Source of the DNA: Raja brachyura
Lineage: Eukaryota
Length of the DNA: 64,000 nt
Direction of reading: 5' to 3'
NCBI GenBank assembly: GCA_963514005.1
Contig: OY740814.1
Span: 6,014,001 to 6,078,000 of the forward strand
Position 1 is the stretch's first letter. Every line of letters begins with the position of its first letter. Under the pieces are notes generated by a model. It made no database searches. It was not told where the DNA came from and was given only the letters and a program-made list of their open reading frames with translations. Below are positions 38,601-50,803 of this stretch, in pieces. A program made the translations under genes and the position numbers.

Positions 38601-41248
38601 ACCCATCACTATCATAAATCCCTCGGTTACATTACAGACTGATGCCAGTGTTAAAGGTGGGGAGCAGCTAATACCACCACTAGTTGTGGTGGCAGATGGA
38701 GTGCACAAGATTTAACCCTGTTGGGAGCACTAGGGATTAATTATCTAGAAATACTGGGAGCATTTCATGGACTCCGGGCCTACTGCTTAGATATGCACCA
38801 GTTGCATGTACGGTTACAAATTATAATACCACAGTGGTGGCCTATATTAATCATATGTGTGGAATAAAATCGATATCATGTGTTGAATTGCCTAATTACA
38901 TCTGGCACTGGTGTCTGGATAGAGAGATTTGGATCTCAGCCACTTACCTTTCAGGTAAACTAAATACGGTGGCGAACACCAGGTCACGCAATTCAACGAC
39001 AACATTGAATGGATGTTGGATCGGGACCCGGGGCCAGCAGCGATGGATGTTTCTCGCTGCATTGGGGGGGATTGTTTGCTATGTATTTCCCCCCTTCTGC
39101 CTCACAGTCGGGTCTTACAAAAATGAAATAGACTCCGCAACGGGATTTCGGGTTTCCCGACTGGCCTACCCAACCATGGTCCCCAGCAGTACAAAGATGG
39201 CCGCAGAACACTGCTTTCGGATCCTCAAATGGCCGGGCCTGTTGGCACACCCTGTGACGGGTAAGTCATCCGTGCCATGATCGCATGAACCTATTGATGC
39301 TGACTCTGAACAGGCCATTTCTGGACTTCGGATACTCCGACAGGACGATCAATGTCATCACATCGTCGTGCAGGGAGTCCACCAGGGACAGCACTGACAT
39401 ATGTCAGAAGATGGGAGTGTTTCTGTCTTCAGAACAAACACTTCATATGACTCGGCCACCATCACTGGAGTGCTGGAGTTCTGGCCACCCTTCATTCCAT
39501 GAAGGTTTGAGCTACAGTGCCATTAAATTTGCAAGGAGTGCCCTACCTACCAACCTGGACCGAGGGGGTGATCACCTGCCTATAGGATCACACCCTCTGG
39601 TATCAAACTGATGAGGGGTATTAATTCTATTTCCCCAGGGCCAGATACACCCATACATGGGACTTAGGCATAGAATTTACTATGCTTCGAGGATGGACAC
39701 CAATATCGGGGCTCACTCTGGATAACTACATATAATATGGTTATGTTTATGGCACTTGTAACAGCACAACGGGTCCAGTCTTTATAAGCTAAGTATGTAT
39801 GCCATGTGTTACCTATGGTAGATAACCTTTCTGATACAGGGGTTACTCAAACTATATCGACCCAGTTCCTCTGGCCTAAAATTATCATTCTTGCCTACCC
39901 TGCAGATAGTCGTCTCTGCATTGTGACATATATTTACGATATAGAAGGAACCAAGAATCTAGGGGCACGGAGAGGACTTTACCCATAAGCCACAAACGCC
40001 CTCATCATAAGGTCACAGTGCTAGCCACTTCGAGTTGGTTAAGGGTGGTATTGGGTGCAGCAGAGTGGACACTGATGATTTAGGTCTCACTCCACCAGGG
40101 CTGCATCCACGTCAGCGGCTAGGATGATGGGAGTTCCTATGGACCACATCCTTGCTACAGCGGGTTGGAGCAGTGAACGGACTTTCAGCACTTCTATTAT
40201 AAACCCGTGGCCGCTCCTGAGACGTTTGCAGGGGAATATGTTAAGTTTCTGCTACATGGTTTACCCAATGTGGGGCATATCATTTTAGGTATGATTAAAT
40301 ACCTTCTTTGTTTTTCAGCACAGTATCATGTCTGAAATATGTTCATCCTCCATCACTACCATGGCAGTGTGTGAGCATGGACTCGTTCCAGGGCATGAAA
40401 TCACAGAGCTTTGAAATCTTCACGTAGTCACTCACGTGACTCCGAAGTAAAATAGTAAGATTAAATGAGAACTTACCAGTTTGAAGTTTGATCTTTAGTT
40501 TATGAGGAGTTACGATGAGGGATTACGTGCCCTCCGCTCCCAGAACCCTCCATTATAAAGTTCAACTGGTATGGAAGTTCTCTCTTATCTTACTATATTA
40601 GTCTACGTTGCTATCTGTGATTTCACACCACTGCTTTGAAGAATGTCGCACATGCGTGCTGGCGGGGTCTTCACGTAATCCCTCATCGTAACTCCTCATA
40701 AAATAAAGATCAAACTTCAAACTGGTAAGTTCTCATTTAATCTTACTATTAATGACTATTAGATTTAAAAATCATGTTATATTGTGAATTATTGTGCGAA
40801 TGTTAATTGGACACTTAGGCTTAAATTTTTTTTTTTTTTCCTTAAGAAATGGATAGATGTTTAGATCTAGTAATTGAATTTTGTAATTTGCTACAATTGG
40901 GTAACTAATTAATTATATGCTTTAATTTCAGGTCATCCAAGTAAGATTGTTTCATATTTGTTTCAGAATACTTCAATCTATAATAACTGAAAATGTCTTT
41001 CAGTTGTCTTAATTTTTAAGAAAGTTATCGACTTTTGACTGTCCTCGATCACAACTTTTGTGTTAAGTCAATAGAAAAGCAATAGGAAACAAGTTGCTAA
41101 TTTCCGAGTATGAAAATGGCCATAACTTTTTTAATACTGAAGATATGAAAGTGAATTAGGTGTCAAATTAAACTTCTTTTTATGTTTTATCTGATGGGAT
41201 AAATTGCAGACTTGATTTTTTAAATCTCAAAATTTTGTAACATTGCTA
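35622..41248. mobile_element. Non-autonomous TIR DNA transposon (~1.04 kb without the nested DIRS); hAT-like TAG...CTA ends
   Basis: Imperfect TIR TAGnnATGTTACAAAA; CTATTAT duplicated on both flanks. Confidence 0.65.
36158..40750 (+). mobile_element. Decayed near-full-length DIRS1-type retrotransposon nested in a DNA transposon
   Basis: Fragmented gag, RT (YLDD), RH, MT and YR; ICR ~40417-40529; ATT at both ends. Confidence 0.93.
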
Positions 41249-41640
41249 CTATTATGCACTGTGCTATGCTGTTATATATCATTCCAGTATATACAATCCT
41301 ATGATTATATACTATGCCATACCATTATATACTGTGCTATACTGGTATACACTGTGCTATACTGATAAATTATACTATTATATATGATACTATATTACTA
41401 TATACGGTGCTATACTATTTATACACTGTGCTATGCTGTTATATATCATTCAAGTATATACAATACTATTATTATATACTATGCCATACCATTATATACT
41501 GTGCTATATACTATTATACACTGTGATATACTGATATATTATACTACTATATACTGTACTATAATATTATATACGGTGCTATACTGTTAAATACTGTACT
41601 ATACTGTTATATACTATTCTATTATATACTGTACTGTAAC
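41249..41640. repeat. Right part of the same AT-rich minisatellite
   Basis: Units continue in register across the inserted transposon. Confidence 0.85.
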
Positions 41641-41849
41641 AATGCTAAAAAAATAAGTTTTAAAACACTGCTGTGGGTGGGATGTTCATGTTTAATCCTA
41701 TGGTGTATTGTGTCTTTTTTCTTCTTTTTTATTTTATATGGATGTATGGTAATCTTTTTTTTTCTTTGTAAAGCACTTTGGCTTCAACATGATTTGATTT
41801 AAAAGTGCTATATAAATAAAAATGACTTACTGACAAGCACCAGAACAAT

Positions 41850-42245
41850 GCCCGGGTTGAGGAGCGCCTGGATCCCTGTCCCTGTCACCTCGGCGGCGGC
41901 TCCGTTGCTAGGCAGGCAGGCAGGCAGGCAGGCAGGCAGCCCCTAGCAACAAGCCGCTTCCGTCCCGCCGTCCCCGTCTTCCCCGTCTCCCCCCGCCATC
42001 TCCGGGGGACCCACAACAACCGTTCCGCCCGGCCCGGCCCAGGAAAGCCAAGGCATTGCTCGTCGCCTGCAGCAAGAGTTGGGACCGCTCCGTGGGCCGG
42101 CGGCGGCGGCTGCCTCCAATGTCGTGCAGAGACACTGCGGTAAACTGAAATATCAAAGTAACTGTAACTCGATCTCCAACAAAGCCGTGTTTCGCGTTCT
42201 CGGGAAGGCTCGAGCCTGGCGCAAGATTGAATGAACGGAGGTCTA
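41850..42245. promoter_or_regulatory. CpG island, probable bidirectional promoter of FAM227B and DTWD1
   Basis: Abrupt GC- and CpG-rich unique block between two divergently oriented genes; contains RFX-like GTTGCTAGG and CCTAGCAAC motifs. Confidence 0.75.
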
Positions 42246-42676
42246 TGTTGGGTTTAGATCATTTCATGTTACATTGAGCAGCTTACATCAATTAAAACAC
42301 TTATCATCGTGATAGTGGGTGACAACATAACAGTAGATATCACATGCAATTTGTCAACGTGTGGTAGCTTGTACTGAAGTTGCAGCACACAGTGTAATTT
42401 GCTGTAATAGTGGTCCATCTAAAAGGTAAAATACAAAGTGCACTTTTCATCTTACCCTTAGATGAACTATTATAATAAATTTACTTGTTGCAAATTCAAC
42501 ACACGCTACAGCAAGCTGACACTTCGTATTTTCTGTTTTGCTCAAGATTCCAGCAACTGCACTTCCTTGTATCTCCATCTCAAGGTTTTAGGCTTGACTG
42601 CAGATATTTACGAGAAACAACTGCAGGTATACTTTCTTTTCACTGAAATACACCACCTCATCCATTGGTGTGAAAG

Positions 42677-42845
42677 AGAACATAGAAAATAGGTGCAGGA
42701 ATAGGCCATTTGGCCCTTCGAGCCAGCACTGCCATTCAATATGGTCATGGGTGATCATCCAAAAATCAGTACCCTGTTCCTGCTTTCTCCCCATATCCCG
42801 TGATTCTGTTAGCCCTAAGAGCTATATCTAACTCTCTCTTGAATA
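42677..42845 (-). mobile_element. CR1 3' tail fragment in the DTWD1 5' intron
   Basis: CATAGAAAATAGGTGCAGGA...GGCCATT tail shared with other copies. Confidence 0.8.
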
Positions 42846-43311
42846 CAGATTTTTGGTTTTAGGTTCCTCCTTGGGGTCCAGGCAACTTGCTTTCATCCCA
42901 TTCCTAGGGGAATTGAACTGATGAAATGTTCCATGTCATGACTCTGCCACACACGTGGAGTTGGAGGTAATGAAAAGGGTGGGGAGGTGAGCTGTGTGAG
43001 AGGTGGTGTGTTATTCTGTTCACACTCATTCTCTTGCAACTTGAAGGAACATTTTTAAAGATGCTTCTGCATTAGATGACGGGGAACAATAAACATTTGC
43101 GCCAAATTTCACAAGAAAGAAGTGCCATGCAACAGTTGGCTATTTAACTCCTCAAATCTTTTTCAACATTATTTAAGTCCACCATTCTTACCTCTAAACT
43201 AAACTAAATTCAAGTGGATATTTATTTGTTCATGTGTAAACTTATAGGTGCATGAACAATGTTATGTTTCTTTTTTGAATTCCAGAAATAAATCCATCCC
43301 CATTTCCCAGG

Positions 43312-43599
43312 ATGTCGGTAAACTTGGAAAATACTGGAAATATCAAAGGAGAACTTCACACTGATTCCAAGAAAAATGAAAAACCTGAAAGGCCGAGCCT
43401 ACAATCAAGTGAAGACGACGAACAAGGAGGCTCAGATTTTTTTAAGGATTTGATACTGGCTTCCCAGACAGTGTTAGATACAGCCCAACAAAAGGGGCGA
43501 TCAAAATGTCTAAAGTGCCAGAGTTCGAGGATGTTTTATTGTTATTCATGTTTCCTTCTGGTTGATGGTGTCAGCTCTGATAAAATACCTCAGGTTAAG
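43312..43599 (+). CDS. DTWD1: DTWD1 (tRNA-uridine aminocarboxypropyltransferase 1), first coding exon
   Basis: ATG follows acceptors at 43285 and 43310; GRSKCLKCQSSRMFYCYSC Cys motif; AAG|gttagt donor. Confidence 0.93.
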
Positions 43600-43994
43600 G
43601 TTAGTAATTAAAAGTATATGTTAATTATTGTGCTTTGAGTGGTTTAATAGTCCAACCTTTTTAATGGATTAACAACCAGAATGTTGGACCTAGAGTCTAA
43701 TTCAGATCCATTCAACAGCTGGGGGATCAAGGTTTGAGTAATTGAAAGGTTATAACATTATTCTTGGTAATATAACTGTATCACTACCACACTGTCCTTA
43801 CCCTGTTTGGTCTCACTCAGGCTCCACACCCACAAAGGTGGTTGGCTCAAGCCAATAAATATGGTCTGGTCAGTGATCACCACAATAAAAAAAGGTTTGC
43901 TGTACTGATTCAAATATTCATAACCTTGTTGAATTTTTCAATTCCTCATCAGTAAATTGCCCATCCATTGCACTTTACCCTGAAATAACATTTT

Positions 43995-44530
43995 TATTCG
44001 GGTCTGAAGAAAGGTCCCGACCCGAAACATCATCTGTCCATTTTCTCCAGAGATGCTGCCTGAGCTGATGAGTTACTCCAGCACTTTGTGTCTTTTTTTT
44101 GTAAACCTGCATCTGCATTTCCTTGTTTCTACATTTCACTGCTCCACTATAAAATATCCTCAAGGTATTGTCTACTTCAAAGAACTCCTGGAGTCTGAAG
44201 AAGGGTCCCAACCCAAAACGTCATCTATCCATGTTCTCCAGAGGTGTTCTCCAAAGTCTATTGACCTGCTGGGTTACTCCAGCACTCTGTCCTTTTTGTA
44301 AACTAGCAACTGCAGTTCCTTGTTTCCACCTCTAACATTTTTATAGAGGCTTAGAGTAGATGAAAAGGAACAGTAAACGTTTGCCACAAGAAATAAATAT
44401 CTGAAGAATTGTCCCAACCTGAATCATCATCTATCCATTCCCTCCACAGATGCTGCCTGACTCACTGAGTTCTTACAGTACTTACTGTTTTGCTCAAGAT
44501 TTCAGCACCCGCAGTTTCTTGTATCTGCAT
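43995..44530 (+). repeat. Tandem cluster of Penelope-derived short repeats with hammerhead-like cores
   Basis: CTGAAGA-stem-GAAAC motifs followed by the GATGCTGCCTGA...CTCCAGCA...CTGCAGTTCC body. Confidence 0.7.
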
Positions 44531-45041
44531 TGGAACAGTTGGACTGTTTATCCCATCAATTCTTGTTCAACATCATTCAAGTCCACTGTTCATGTTTTTA
44601 ATTACAGGGCCTACACTCATCTTGGCCCCCTTGTTCCCTATTCATGCAGTGGTGAGTCACAGCTGAAACTAATTTTCCAAATTAAAAACACTTATATACA
44701 ACATATGTCCAGCAGGCAAGCACACACTAGACCAAACCTTGTGCACATGATCCGAACCACACTCTGAAAAGTTGACGTTTAACTTTCCCAGAGGTGATCT
44801 TGCAAAACATCTAGTTCCAAGTCATTATGGTCTTAAACCAACTCGAGATGGAGCCTCACCCATATCCTAGAAAGACATTCCTTGTAATTCTGTTTTGCTT
44901 CAACACTGAGCTTCAACTTACAGAATTTGCTATCATATTTGCCTAAAAATGTACTTTGTGATCTAAAATGTGTACTGCTTGTTCTTTCTAACTTATGTTT
45001 TGTTAATTCAAGTCTTAGGTTAATATATTTTCCATTTCTAG

Positions 45042-45185
45042 CTCCCTCTGAAGATTGATATTATTAAACATCCCAATGAGACTGATGGCAAAAGTACTGC
45101 TGTACATGCAAAACTGTTGGCCCAAGATGATGTTAATATTTACACATATCCATGCATGCCGGAGTACAAGGATATAAGCAATGAA
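45042..45185 (+). CDS. DTWD1: DTWD1 coding exon 2 ([27 protein letters not shown]...)
   Basis: 144 nt with ttctag acceptor and gtgagt donor; IIKHPNE.DGKST DTW-domain motif. Confidence 0.96.
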
Positions 45186-45713
45186 GTGAGTTATCGAAAA
45201 GTAGCCGCTAATTATCTAAGATCACGTGCTGTGTTTACTGTTCACCTCCCTGTTTTAGCTTGATGTCTCATTCCGTTTTTTTATATGATTATTGTTGAAC
45301 CTTCGCAACAGGATAATATTAGAATGGAGACGAGGAGGGTGGTGAATCTGTTTGCCACAGACAGAGGTGGAAGCCAAATCATTGGGTATTTTTATAGCGG
45401 AGATTGATAAATTCTTGATTGGTAAGGGCGTCAAGGGTTGCAGAAAATAGGGAGGAGAATGGGATTGAGAGCATAAAATAGATCAGCCGCGATTAAATGG
45501 CAGAGCAGATTCAATTGCTGAATGGCCTAATTTTGCCCTTACGTCTCATGGTCTTGTTTGAATTAAAATAGTCTAGCCTTGTCAGCCCAACATCCCTATA
45601 GGAAGTTCCATACAAGAATAACTAGAAGTCTGAAACTTATGAAGGAATGGTTTGTTTTATCATCTTTTGTTGCCTTGTACCCTTTCCTTAATTCCTGCCT
45701 TTGCTGATCTTAG

Positions 45714-46035
45714 GTTGCAGTGGTGTTCCCTGGTCCAAAGTCTATTGCTCTTGATGATCTTCCAAAGTACTTATCTACCATTGCTGGCAATAAACCTGAA
45801 CCAACAAAATCTTCCAAAAATGCCCTCAGTCATGAGAACATTACATGCGAAGGCCCAGCACTTAAACGTGCAAAATACGACCATAAACATCAACAGAGTT
45901 TGGATGAAGAGAATCCAGTAAAAGAGCAGAATGCTGGAGAGATGGAGACATATCCGACCCCACTAAAACGAGTGATATTTATAGATAGTACATGGAATCA
46001 AACAAACAAAATAATCACTGATGAACGTCTACAAG
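45714..46035 (+). CDS. DTWD1: DTWD1 coding exon 3 (VAVVFPGPKS...FIDSTWNQTNKIITDERLQ)
   Basis: 322 nt with cttag acceptor and gtactg donor; contains the DxTW motif. Confidence 0.95.
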
Positions 46036-46938
46036 GTACTGTGCATCTTAACATTGGTGGATTTTGCTTTTGATTTTAAAATGTTTTCTAAAGAGGATCA
46101 TCAAACATTCTGAGTCAGTAACTAACAAATAAATATATCAGCAACACAAAGTGCTGGATGAGGCAGCGGTTCAGGCAGCATCTGTGGAGGGAATGGACAG
46201 GCAACGTTTTGAGTCAAGACCCTTCTTCAGAGAAGAACATAGAACACAGACAAGAACATTGTGCAGACTCAAGTGCTGGAGTAACTCAGGCAGAATCTCT
46301 GGAGAACATGGGATAGGTGAAGTTACGATTCCGAAGAAGAGTCCTGACCCAAAACGTCACCTATCCATGTTCTCCAGAGATGCCGGGTGACCCAGAGTTC
46401 CTCCAGCACTTTGTGTCTTTAAAAAAAAAATACCCTTCTGTGTCTTCAAAGTTCCCCCAGCACTGTGTCGTTTTTGTAAACTAACATCTGCAGTTCCTGG
46501 TATCCGCATAGAACAGTGCATCATAGCAACAGACCCTTCAGCTCATAGTGTCCATGCCAACCTTGATGACAAGATAAACTAATCTCGGTTGCTTACACAT
46601 GATCCATATCCCTCCACTCCCTGCATATGTATGTGCCTATCTAAAGGCCTCCTAAATGCCACTATCATATCTGCCTCCACCATCACCTCCGGCAGAACGT
46701 TCCAGACACCCACCACACCTCTATGTAAAGAAAACCTGCCCGGCACATCTCCTTTAAAGTTTGCCCTCCTCACTTTTACAGCTGGGTTCTTCAGCCTTTG
46801 ATATCTCCACCCTAAATAGGAGGTTATTTATTTTCTGTGAAGTTTTGATATGCATGATGTCATATCAGTAAGAATATAAATGAACTGTTGGCTGTTTTCA
46901 GAAATTATAAATATTATCTTATGCCTTTCTCTCTGCAG

Positions 46939-47171
46939 AATTGCTTCACGTTGAACTAAGATCACAAAAGACACATTTTTGGCGAAAGCAGAAAGGAAAA
47001 CCAGACACCTATCTCGCTACAATCGAGGCCATTTACTATTTTCTAGTTGATTATCACAGACTGCTTTTAAAAGAGAACTACAATGGCGAATATGACAATC
47101 TACTTTTTTTCTATTCGTTTATGCACAAATTAATCAACAAAGCTAAAGATGCAGCTGGCAAACTGACCTAA
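46939..47171 (+). CDS. DTWD1: DTWD1 last coding exon (…[22 protein letters not shown]...YDNLLFFY) to TAA
   Basis: ctgcag acceptor in compatible phase; LATIEA motif; spliced CDS is 987 nt (328 aa); ATTAAA near 47299 is a candidate polyA signal. Confidence 0.95.
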
Positions 47172-48029
47172 CCACTTATTGGGAAAGTGGTGATCTTTCT
47201 TTCAATTGACATTTCAGAGAATTTATAGATTCCATTTTCAAGCATTTCATAGCAACACTTAGAACTTGTACAGTCGGTTTAAATGTATTTCTCAGAATAT
47301 TAAATTGTAAATTCATTATTTTTATTTTGGTCCGTGTAGGGTGATGAAAAAATTAGTGAAAATAGTCAGTCAGTCATGGCTTTTCATGAGATACATGTAT
47401 TTTCTGTAGCAGCAGCAGGTTATATGAAATATAGGTCTACCACAGATTTTCCGGCAACTGGTGGCCCTGCACCTCCTTCAATCCTGACTTAAAATCCTCC
47501 CCGTAAGTTCTCCCAATATATGGTGTTAAGGCCAGGCGTGGCGGCCGATTTCTCCATCATCGGGGCTTCCGCAGAAAATTGGCGGGTTGAATTTTCCCCC
47601 GTGGCCAGTGCTCTGGAACTCTGGTCCGGCTGGAGCTGACAGATCTGTTCCCTTAGCCGACTTCGGAGGCCGACTTTGCAAGCTGGTACCTCGGCAGCCT
47701 GGGCGGACAGTTCCAGTACTCTCGGAGGCCGTGACCTCTGTTGGTCCAGCAAAACGGATACTCCAGAAAGGCTCTGGATTATCTGGAGGGTGCAGCAAAA
47801 TTAGTGGTGGACCTATAGCTGCCATCTCCTGAGGAGCTCTTTCATTCGTATTGCAGTAAAGTAAAGCAACCATGCTTGTGTTATCTTGACTTTCTTGAAC
47901 AATCAGTTTGGGTATAGAAAGGAATTTTAATGGAGGTTTTCAAACACAGTACGATTTCAGGATTGATTTGTAACATAGTATTAAATACTAACAAAATCTA
48001 TAAACAATTAATATCAACTCTCTAAATGT

Positions 48030-48495
48030 AGAATCAAGAAATCACAGACACTGGTTAATACACAAAAGTACCCAAAGTGCTTGAGTAACTCGGTATGTCA
48101 GACAGCATCTGGTCTGATGAAGGGTCTTGATTCGAAACGTCACTTATCCATGTTCTCTAGATTCTGAATAAGGGTCACAACCTGAACCATTACCTATCCA
48201 TGTTCTCCAGAGATGCTGCCTGACCCACTGAGTTTCTCCAGCAATTTGTGTCCTTTTGAATATCAGCTCTCTCAGAAAAAGGATCAGCAAATGAGGTATT
48301 CAGATTCAGATTAGAGTTACATTTTATAGCTTGCCATTAAGAATAGACTTTCACTGTAGTCCCTAAATCAATCCAGGTGCCATCTATGATAGCAATCATA
48401 GTCTGAAGAAGGGTCTCGACCCGAAACGTCTCCTATTCCTTCGCTCCATGGATGCTGCCTCACCCGCTGAGTTTCTCCAGCATTTTAATCTACCT
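48030..48495. repeat. Penelope-derived short repeats with hammerhead-like cores. Other copies: 4937-5143, 7741-7880, 14250-14790, 22190-22357, 23860-23987, 26155-26485, 28597-28716, 29768-29895, 33108-33202, 46143-46505, 56808-56895, 63400-63660
   Basis: CTGATGA at 48114; CTGAAGAAGGGTCTCGACCCGAAACGTC at 48403-48430. Confidence 0.7.
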
Positions 48496-49344
48496 ATAGA
48501 CAAAGATGTTGGTTTTAACCAGTGTCTCAAACTAGTAAATGTACAAACTAGCCAACTGGTTGATGCTTTGGTCACCGACGTACTGTCTCCATACAGCAAT
48601 AGAAATTTTCCTTTTACTCATTTGTCCAACCTGAGAAAGACTTGGCTGTACCAAAATAAATGTTTTTGTAGCTTTGAATTGTGCTATTTGTACTTATTAC
48701 AAACAAGTTAGAAGGTTGAGGGTTGCCAGTGATTTCAGGGGTTGCAAAGCTAATTTGAAATCATTGGGTTTGTTTTCCTTTGAGCAGAGGAGAATGAGTA
48801 TGGATCTGATAGTGATATACAAAATTATGAGGAGCATATATAGAATGTTTAGAAATACAGCGTTGAAACAGGCCATTCAGCCCATCGAGTACAAGCCGAA
48901 CGTACACTAGTTCTATGTTATCTCACTTTCGCATCGTACACACCAAGGGCAATTTACAGAAGCCAGTTAAAACTGCATATCTTTGGAGTGTGGGAGGAAA
49001 CCAGCACATCTGGAGAAAACCCACACGGTCACGAGGAGAATGAACAAACTGCACAGACAGCACCCACAGTCAGGATCAAACCTGGATCTACGGCAGGTTC
49101 TGAGGCAGCTGAGGCCACTATAGGCAGTACTAGTGGACATTCCCCCATGTCACATCCTGAAGGACAAGGTCTTAGGTAAAGGGGGAAATTATTTAGAAGG
49201 GATCTAAGGAAAAATATATTTCAGCCAGATGGTGATTGTGATCTGGATTCTATTCCCTAACCGAGTGATTGAAACAGGTACTCTTAAATGGTGAGCCTTC
49301 TGAATTTTGTAGTCGGCGGGGCAGTACTCTGCATATCGCCAACA

Positions 49345-49563
49345 TGGACAATTTTACATTTTTATCAAGCCAATTAACCCACAAACCTGTACGTTTTTGG
49401 AGTGTGGGAGGAAACCGAAGATCTCGGAGAAAACCCACGCAGGTGACGGGGAGAACGTACAAACTCCATACAGACAGCACCCGTAGTCGGGGTCAAACCC
49501 GGGTCTCTGGCGCTGCATTTTGCTGTAAGGCAACAACTCTACCGCTGTGCCACCGTGACTGCC
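49345..49563 (-). mobile_element. tRNA-derived V-domain SINE (HE1-like). Further copies: 3140-3310, 33975-34220 (+), 48850-49100, 50980-51265, 53110-53410, 54710-55000, 55110-55350
   Basis: A box (GGTGGCACAGCGG) and B-box-like (GGTTTGACCCC) head; TGTATGGAGTTTGTACGTTCTCCCCGT...GGTTTCCTCCCACACTCCAAA core. Confidence 0.85.
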
Positions 49564-50426
49564 CTAAGGAATTAAAAAGCATTTGAATTATCAAGGCATA
49601 GAAGCTCGAGACCTAGTATCGGTAATTAGTGTAGAGGAGAAATTGAATTTAGTGGCTGAAAGGCCTATATCTGTGCTCTTTGACTAAATCACAATTGCTT
49701 TCTCTATTGCAAATTTATTTCTTACATTTACTTTTTGCCCCACCTGAGCTGACTTTGATCTTACATATTTCTATTAAATCTAAATCATCTGTCACAAGGT
49801 AATCCCAGCTTCTCTCATCTAATCTTGGAAGAGGAGTCCTCTATACTAAAGCTATTCCAATAAATCACTCTTCAACCACCTGGTACCTTAACTTCCATTT
49901 TAAAATCTGGTGGTCAAAATTGGATATCGTACCGTAGTTGCAAGTCTTATGAATATTTAGCATAGCCCTGCTTTTGTACTTTATTCCTCTACTTATGAAG
50001 CCCAAGATTCAGCATGATTTACCAGCCTTTCATTCTTGTCCCTTTCAAATATGTATACACTTAATCCATTTATTCAGTGATATGGTGCAATCTTGATATA
50101 ACAAGATATTTTATGAGCAGTACACTAATCGCTCAACAAGCTGTGGAGGGAAATGGACTGGCAACATTTCAGGTTCTTCAGACTGATAGAGGGGAGATAG
50201 GCAAGTTAAGTGGGTTTAATTAATAATATGTAGTGGCAATAGAACAATGACATTCTTATGTGCCGCAGCTTAACAGGCCCATTAATGTAATAACACGAAT
50301 ATCTGGTAGAAAGAGGTGAAGGGAAAGGGTGGGGTCCGAAATGGTAACTGATAGATTGGGGGGGGGGGGGGGGGGGTTGGAGAAGACAAAAGGGTGTAAG
50401 TGGAGAAATCGGTTTTAAAAAGGAAG

Positions 50427-50803
50427 CATAGAAACATAGAAAATAGGTGCAGGAGTAGGCCATTCGGCCCTTCGAGCCTGCACCGCCAATCAAAATGATC
50501 ATGGCTGATCATCCAACTCAGTATCCTGTACCTGCCTTCTCTCCATACCCCCTGATCCCTTTAGCCACAAGGGCCACATCTAACTCCCTCTTAAATATAG
50601 CCAATGAACTGGCCTCAACTACCTTCTATGGCAGAGAATTCCAGAGACTCACCACTCTCTGTGTGAAAAATGTTTTCCTCATCTCGGTCCTAAAGGAATT
50701 TCCCCTTATCCTTAGACTGTGACCCCGTGTTCTGGACCTCCCCAACATCGGGAACAATCTTCCTGCATCTAGCCTGTGCAACCCCTTAAGAATTTTGTAA
50801 GTA
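50427..50803 (-). mobile_element. CR1 3' fragment
   Basis: Near-identical to the 3' end of the 15-17 kb CR1. Confidence 0.9.

Noticed and set aside
49480-49563. tRNA gene
   Set aside because: This is the tRNA-like head of a SINE; it has no complete cloverleaf and runs into the V-domain core.
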